This document shows, piece by piece, positions 54,753 through 64,000 of a DNA stretch of 64,000 nt; the stretch's first letter is position 1; each line of letters opens with the position of its first letter. This DNA comes from Octopus vulgaris. Lineage: Eukaryota. The position numbers were made by a program, and so were the translations under genes. Below the pieces are notes generated by a model. It saw nothing but the letters and a program-made list of their open reading frames with translations. It did no database searches and was not told where the DNA came from. The stretch is from NCBI GenBank assembly GCA_951406725.2, contig OX597815.1:206894001-206958000 (forward strand), read 5' to 3'.

Positions 54753-56062
54753 TATTGTAGTAATCAAAGTAACGTTTTTGTCCCATCTCGGTTGACAAAC
54801 TATATCGCAGCGAGATAGTAATATTTCTAAATACCTTTATATGTATAAATCAAAATGTATGATTTATTTCCAAAACTTTTAAGTATTATTACTGACTTCC
54901 GCCGTTTCGTGATGCTTGAATAACTCTGGGAAACTTGCTGAAGGAAAGACAGTTGTTCCAAATTATTATAACACGTGTTGTATGATCCTTACTCCTTTTC
55001 TACATCACTCATATATGCATTAATATAGCCCTACGGTGTTTCAGTTGAGCACTCAAAGAAATAGGAACACAAGTGTAAATAAAAGCAAATCTTGAAATAA
55101 ACACATAATTACACACACATGTATTTAAGAAACATTTCATAAATATACAGTTGTAGAATTTTGTTTGTAAAACATCATATGAAAAGGAATGTTATGTCAA
55201 TGGGCGGTGTGTTGTAATCTTTTTTAGTCAAGAGGAACGTAGGACTTATGACAAGTTATAGTACCTTAAAGACTGAAGAGAGGGATAAAAATATCCAAAG
55301 ATTGGAGATCTGGATCAAATGTTTGCAACAGAGAGAACTCCGCTTAAGGCACCCAAGATGACAGGCGGTGATGTTAAACGGGACATGGTGGTTACAACGG
55401 TACTTGAGCTCAGATCGCAAAGAGCGGAAACGAATACTGCAAGACATCTGCGCCGATATTTTTATAGATACCGCCTAGGATTGTTACTTTTTTATCGACC
55501 TCAAAAAGATGAAAATGTCGGGCCCAGTGGTAAGTGACCTCAGAAGCATCCTTCCGGTGATCTAAGAGTCTACCAATTTGCCGTATGATATAATCTTTTC
55601 TGATATTAGCGTAAAGCCTGAAACTTTTTAGTGGTGGGGATAAGGTAATTACATCATTAATTAGCAAAGTCGACCACGGTGGAATTTGAACACAGAATGT
55701 AAAGACGAAAAAAAAAGTTGCTCCGTGTGATAATGCATAATTTACAATGACGTATGTTACCTTGCGTTTTACTAAATTTAGAAGATATTCAAAAAATTTT
55801 AAGGAAATTATTTCACAAAAATCTACCGCATGAATAATCATTTTTAATTAGGTTGTCTGTAAATATTTGCATATGTGCGTGTGTATGTATCTTTCTATTG
55901 TGTATGTCTATTTACATGTGTGTCTATATATAAGCATGTATGTGTGTATAAGCATCTGTGGATGTTTGCATGTGTGCTTATGTTCTTCTAGCACTATGTG
56001 AGAATGGATTTGCTTCCTCGTAGCATTAGTGGTTCGGCAAAAAGGGCCCGACAGAATAAGCG

Positions 56063-56095
<33 letters not shown>

Positions 56096-56097
<2 letters not shown>

Positions 56098-56480
56098 GAG
56101 CATAATTCTATGAACCTAGAAATTGAAAACAGAGGGTTACCCACTTGCAAACAAATGTGGTAACATATAACAATATTGACCGAGGTTACCGTGGTCTTTT
56201 TCGTAGGCTTTTCTTCCCACGGATAAACCTTATCTGCTTCCCCCTTTACACCGTACATCATGACACTGTGATACACGATCCCTATTGATCGTTTTTTTCC
56301 TCTTTTTTCTTCTTTTTTCTTTTCTTTTATTTCTTTCCCTTTTTTTCTTTTTTTCTTTTTCCCTTTTACGACCCCTTTTGATCGAAAACCTACGCCACTT
56401 TTTTTTCATCCCCCAAAAGAAAAGCTCTACCTTGTAACTTGTCCCATCTGTGTGCAGCCCTGTGTGGCCAATAAAGAAAC
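56096..56480 (+). mobile_element. longer 3' fragment of the (TATC)n-associated retroelement
   Basis: 3' part matches 14524-14700; (TATC)n on both sides. Confidence 0.78.
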
Positions 56481-58109
56481 TTATCTATCTATCTATCAGC
56501 ATAGTTGTGTGGCTGTTAATTTATATCTACCTGTTTTATATATGCTTATAGCTTTAAGGTAAGACTTGAACGATGAATCCCATGACAGTGTCCACAAACA
56601 GCAACCATTCTATACCCAATTAATTCGTTTGACAGAATAAATCATCAATGGCTCGTCAATAGGTTCATCCATTTATCCTTTCAATAATGTTTGCATTGGA
56701 ATCAAAGTGTACACTGAAGTCTGTTTTTATTTTCACGTTATATAAAAACTTCTCCTACTCGGTTATTCATAATAAAAGCGTACCATCATAACATAATAAA
56801 ACCATTCTGTTTCAGCAAATCCCTTTTTGTATCATGTATCATGGTACTCGAGCGCTACCCCAACATATATCAACCCATCACACACACACACGCACACACA
56901 CACACACACACAAAATGGTATCCTTCTTTGTCATTTATGCCTTCACTTCTGCCTTCTTTTCCTATCCTACGCTTTATTTCACTTTTACTGATAAGCTTTT
57001 CTTGTCGTCCATTCCCGTTTTTATCGAGTTTCATTGCGGTTCTGCTGTTGTTTTTATGAAGATACGCCAATTCCACAACGAAACTAAACCTTATGAAACT
57101 TTCGTATGTCGCAATTTCATTGTCTGTTAATGTTACAGAAATAACATCATTCCGTCGTTCTATTGTAAACCCAGAAATATCTTTATAGGGTGTCTTTGTT
57201 CTTATTTTGAACCGAGATGATATCTGATCACTGACAAAGAAACCGGAAACTTCTTTCCAAATAAAACATTCCTATGGGGGTCTTCTAATGTCCCACATGA
57301 ACTCTAGAACACAGAGTTAGTACACCCATATATCTTATATTCTTCTATGATTCCTTAGAGATTTAAACATTTATATCAAGGCTGATGACAGCAACTTCCT
57401 TCTGCTTTTACTAATTTCTTTCTTTAGTTTCCGGGCGGGGTTAGTAACAGGTTCTGTTGATCATACAGACATTTTGAGGGAGTTATGTTTTAACAATATA
57501 AAATTAGTAACCAACTGGTAAAGTGGGATTTGTGCTGAAAAATTATAAAAAAAATAATAAAATAAAACTGTCACATCAGCAGTTTGATGTTTCAAAAGAT
57601 TTAACTTGTAAACTAAATAACTAGAAATGCAACGAAAACTCAATCCTCGGAAAATAAACTATGTACCACTAAAGAGCTGGTTGACTGACTCAAACTAACA
57701 AATCCTCAGAATTATTTATGATCTAGTGCCTACGTTAGAAATTTACACATACATATGAGGAAACACGTGAACAAGCACGCACACACAAACAGATACGTAC
57801 ATACACACACTCACATATAGATCTTGCATTTACGTGTATGCTTGCCAGCGTATAAGTATAAATTCAAAAACACATGAATTGCATTTATGCTAATATTTTT
57901 GGTGAAATGTTGATGAGCTGGTCTAAATATTTATTTAATGAATCATTATATTTCAATACTCTCCCAATATTTATAATTACCAACCAGATAAGAAAGGTAC
58001 AAATAAATATACCTCTAGGGAACCCTGTTTTTTCAAACAGGGTGTTGTCAAAATTTGGTTCTTTGTATTTTCTTTAAGAAGAGGTTATTAAGAAAATTAG
58101 ATGTAAAAC

Positions 58110-58952
58110 TACGAAGTGCATTTCAGAAGGTTTCAGACTTGTTTATGAGAGGCAGTTATAGCTGACCTAGATTATTGTAGTTTTAGTATATCATTACAGT
58201 ACATCTAATAATCTGACCTGCCAACTGTTTGTTTTATTCCATACGGCTGTAACAGCACTTTGAGCACACCCTGATAAACACAGTTTGACGCAGCTGACTA
58301 CTTTGAAGAATGCAATCGGAACATGAAAATAATTAGGAAGTACGCTACGCAATAAAGTTTTGTGTTAAACAGGGTAAAGACTCTACAAAAATTCAGGAAA
58401 TGCTCCAGATAGCTTATAGATGAACTTGTATGAGCCGAGCATTTGTTTTTCACTGCTACAAGATGTTCATTAGAGCTGATTGAGAACGTTCACAATTTTC
58501 TGGATGAAAATTGGTCACACAGACAACGAAGAGTATATTGTCCACGAAGATGTCCTGGACACCTTCAATTTGGAGGACCTCCATGGGGTGTTCATGAAGT
58601 GCTGAAGTGCTACAACAAGTGCATTGAAGTCATAGGACCTTATTTTGAAGGAGATTAGAGTTTTGTATTTCTTTGAAATTAATAAATGTCTCACATGTGT
58701 GTGTATAATATACTTTTATATACAAGCGCATTCCAGAGGACTTGAGACTTTTCCCGGAGAGACATTTATTAATTTCAAAGAAATACAAAACTCTAATCTC
58801 CTTCAAAATAAGGTCCTATAACTTCAACGCACTTGTTGTAGCACTTCAGCACTTCGTGGACGCTCTATGGGGGTCCTCCAAATTGAAGGTGTCCAGGATA
58901 TCTTCGTGGACAATATACTCTTCGTTGATTGTGTGACCAATTTTCACCCAGA
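58110..58952. mobile_element. two deleted mariner copies, tail to tail
   Basis: IKFCVKQGKDSTKIQEMLQIAY (N-terminal HTH) and KCIEVIGPYFEGD* (C-terminus); TA-TIR-like ends at 58110 and 58721; 58497-58692 recurs inverted at 58760-58952. Confidence 0.82.
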
Positions 58953-58971
58953 ACATGTGTGTGTGTGTGTA

Positions 58972-59076
58972 TGCTTACAAAGAATAAGTACTGAGATCGA
59001 TTTCTTCGATTAGAACCCTTTAAGGCGGTGCTCCAGCATGGTCACAGTCAAGTAACTGGAACAAGTAAAAGAATAA
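58972..59076 (+). mobile_element. SINE family B, 3' end only
   Basis: GGCGGTGCTCCAGCATGG..GTAAAAGAA tail. Confidence 0.8.
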
Positions 59077-59103
59077 ATGGATGTGACAATTAGTTGGTTG
59101 TCA

Positions 59104-59165
59104 TAATAAAACTCAGAGTTTCGATACCGGGAATGAAGTCTGCTCCGGTATCTCATCAGCTATTA
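59104..59165 (-). ncRNA. type I hammerhead ribozyme motif
   Basis: minus strand: TAATAG-CTGATGA-GATACCGG(14 nt)CCGGTATC-GAAA-CTCTGAG-TT^TTATTA; perfect 8-bp stem II, 6-bp stem I. Confidence 0.85.
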
Positions 59166-59202
59166 AGGCAAAAAGCGTTTTGTCAATAGACCTTATATTA
59201 TT

Positions 59203-59929
59203 CAGTGTGCATTTAAATAAATAAGAGGTAGTCATCATACCTACACGCTAGGGAGGATAGTAACATTTCCGAACCACTATTAGAGATAAAAATCGAAGGG
59301 AATGAAAAATATAAACATTTACTAACTCCTGGACCAATAGTTTCAGACATTTTTTTTAGCAAATAAAATAATTTGCTAGGCGAAGCCTTCTTCAGCAGGT
59401 ACACCTTAGATTAAATATATATACACGAGGTAATCCAGTATATGCCCCGTGCTTATACATTCTAATTTTTCAAATCTACCGCGCAAGCGCAGCTTCCTGT
59501 CGGCAACAAATTAATATGTCGGCGTTTTCGTTTCGAAAATTATCCAAAAATTTATCAATAATTAATATTTAATATTATCAAAGGGTAATCGGAAATATTA
59601 GATATTTCCATTACCAGTGGCCTAGCGTGTAAAAATTTAGTCAATAGACTATATATTATTCATATATATACAGTGTACATTTAAACACATAAGAGGTAGC
59701 CATCATAGGACTACCTACATGCTAGAGAGGACCGTTAAATTCCGAACCACTATTAGAGATAAAAATCGGAGGTAATGAAAAAAATAAAAACAGGAGTTAG
59801 ATGGTAAATGTTTTTATTTTTCCATCCCTTCGATTTTTATCTCTAATAGTCGTTCGGAATTTAACTGTCCTTTCTAGCGTGTAGGTAGTCCTATGATGGC
59901 TACCTCTTACGTGTTTAAATGTACACTGT
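59203..59929 (-). mobile_element. hammerhead-bearing element with direct and inverted terminal copies
   Basis: ~120-bp segment at 59203 and 59671 (direct, 468 bp apart) and at 59809-59929 (inverted), ending at (TA)n. Confidence 0.8.
59326..59399 (-). ncRNA. type I hammerhead motif with extended stem II
   Basis: minus strand: CCTG-CTGAAGA-AGGC..TAGCAAAT(tatttt)ATTTGCTA..GTCT-GAAA-CTATTGG-TC^CAGGAG. Confidence 0.75.
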
Positions 59930-59942
59930 ATATATGTATATA

Positions 59943-59987
<45 letters not shown>

Positions 59988-59989
<2 letters not shown>

Positions 59990-60296
59990 AATTTAAATAT
60001 GTTTCCACTAAAGGTTGGTCCAGGCCATGACTAACTTAATAGCACAACCCGATAGGATAACCTAAATCCTTTTTAAATCAAGTTTTGTTTATGGTTCATT
60101 CAAGGAGTGAGTTCAGTGAGTTGTATCCAGGTATGGGTGGCTTATCTGGAATCCCTTGAGAAAATCTGTTCAGACTCCGTTTAAAGGTGATGGGATCCTT
60201 TTCCTCTTTAATCAGTTTTGGGACAATGTTAAACAGGGCAGGGCTTGTTGAGGAAAACAAATTATGTCGCAGTGTACCTATATGTTGTGATCCTGA
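59988..60296 (-). mobile_element. 3' fragment of CR1-like LINE
   Basis: LRHNLFSSTSPALFNIVPKLIKEEKDPITFKRSLNRFSQGIPDKPPIPGY is homologous to the end of the 63010 ORF. Confidence 0.85.
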
Positions 60297-60355
60297 ATAT
60301 ATATATATATATATATATATGAATAAACATATATATATATACGTATATATTATAT

Positions 60356-62916
<2,561 letters not shown>

Positions 62917-62923
<7 letters not shown>

Positions 62924-64000
62924 GATACTTTGATACTTTGATAGGTTTCGGCCATTATTGGCCCAGGCCATGTCTAACTTAATAGCACCACCTGGTGAAG
63001 TCTTTCAAGTCAGAATTTGGGCACTATGGCCCACTCAAGTAGAGAGTTATTGTTTACAGAGACATATCCGGGTGTAGGGGGTTTATCCGGGATTTCTTGA
63101 AGGAATCTGTCCAAAGACTTCTTGAACCCTATAGGGTCAGTTTCTGTTTTAATGTGTTTTGGTGTAATGTTAAAGAGAGCGGGGCCAATTGAGGTGAAAT
63201 AATTGTGCCGTATTGTTGTTATGAGATGAGAGTGCGATTTTTGTTTTGGGCGGATGGCACGGGGCCCAAGCCTTGGATGTACCTTAAAGGTGATGCCAAC
63301 ATCATTTGGGCAATGCTGATGGAATATTTTCCACATCATGCAGATGATGTAGCGCTCACGACGACGTTGGAGAGAATAGAGTTTTAGCTTTTCTAGTCGA
63401 CCCCAATAGTCGAGGCCTGTCATGCCATCTATCTTTTTTGTGATTGCCCTTTGAGGTGCTTCGACTTTTATGATACCTTGTATTGTGTGGGGAGACCACA
63501 GTGGACAACAGTATTCAAGGTGGGGTCGGGCAAAAGTGGAGAAGAGAAGGATAATGGTGTGGATATCTCTCGACTGGAAAGTTCTGAGAATCCAGGAACA
63601 CATTCTGCGGGCCATGTCAACTTTGGTGTTTATATGAGTGGCCCAGCTTACGTTGTTGTCCACAATTACTCCCAAGTCTCTGATGTTGTTGGACGCCGCG
63701 AGAGTTTCACCTGAAGGAAGGGAGTATGGGAGTTTCAGGGCATCCTCTTTTCCAAAGTGGATTAGCTCAAATTTATCCTCGTTCAGCAGCATATTGTTTT
63801 TTTCTGCCCATTGGATAACAGCCAGTAGATCTGACTGAAGGCATGTCCGGTCACTCGCCTCATTTATGACCTTCTGTAGCTTGGAGTCATCTGCAAAGAT
63901 TTTTATGTTGCTGTGCTTGATGATGTCATTAATGTCATTAATGTAAATGATGAAAAGAAGTGGGCCCAGCACAGTGCCTTGCGGAACGCCACTACTGACT
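62917..64000 (-). mobile_element. CR1-like LINE, 3' part (continues beyond the window)
   Basis: RT ORF, short 3' UTR with GGCC(aataat)GGCC stem-loop, three copies of an 8-nt tail repeat (ATACTTTG on +). Confidence 0.92.
63010..63999 (-). CDS. LINE reverse transcriptase (ORF2), C-terminal part, open at the window edge
   Basis: GVPQGTVLGPLLF, FADD catalytic motif, RDLGV, RPHLEY, YSLQRRRER; no stops over ~330 codons. Confidence 0.93.
   Translation of the reverse strand, partial: VSSGVPQGTVLGPLLFIIYINDINDIIKHSNIKIFADDSKLQKVINEASDRTCLQSDLLAVIQWAEKNNMLLNEDKFELIHFGKEDALKLPYSLPSGETLAASNNIRDLGVIVDNNVSWATHINTKVDMARRMCSWILRTFQSRDIHTIILLFSTFARPHLEYCCPLWSPHTIQGIIKVEAPQRAITKKIDGMTGLDYWGRLEKLKLYSLQRRRERYIICMMWKIFHQHCPNDVGITFKVHPRLGPRAIRPKQKSHSHLITTIRHNYFTSIGPALFNITPKHIKTETDPIGFKKSLDRFLQEIPDKPPTPGYVSVNNNSLLEWAIVPKF

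Overview
AT-rich, repeat-dense eukaryotic DNA with no host protein-coding exon that I can support. The repeat content suggests an octopus (coleoid cephalopod) intron or intergenic region; this is inference from pattern recognition, not a database result. It contains about 30 tRNA-derived SINE copies from three head families, 3' fragments of CR1-, RTE-, R4/Dong- and Tx1-like LINEs (one CR1-like RT ORF is uninterrupted up to the right edge), five copies of an 8-bp-TSD MITE with TAACCC repeats, hAT, mariner and Helitron derivatives, and very long microsatellites. Nearly all ORFs in the track are artefacts of microsatellites or SINEs. The most interesting signal is at least six type I hammerhead ribozyme motifs plus several degenerate ones. 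They lie in short non-coding elements, mostly next to (TA)n or other microsatellites and often in tandem or inverted arrangements, resembling Penelope-like-element pseudo-LTRs or retrozymes. One family (three copies) has an unusually extended stem II with compensatory and G-U changes, and one inverted copy begins at the predicted self-cleavage site. All folds were derived by eye and none has been tested.
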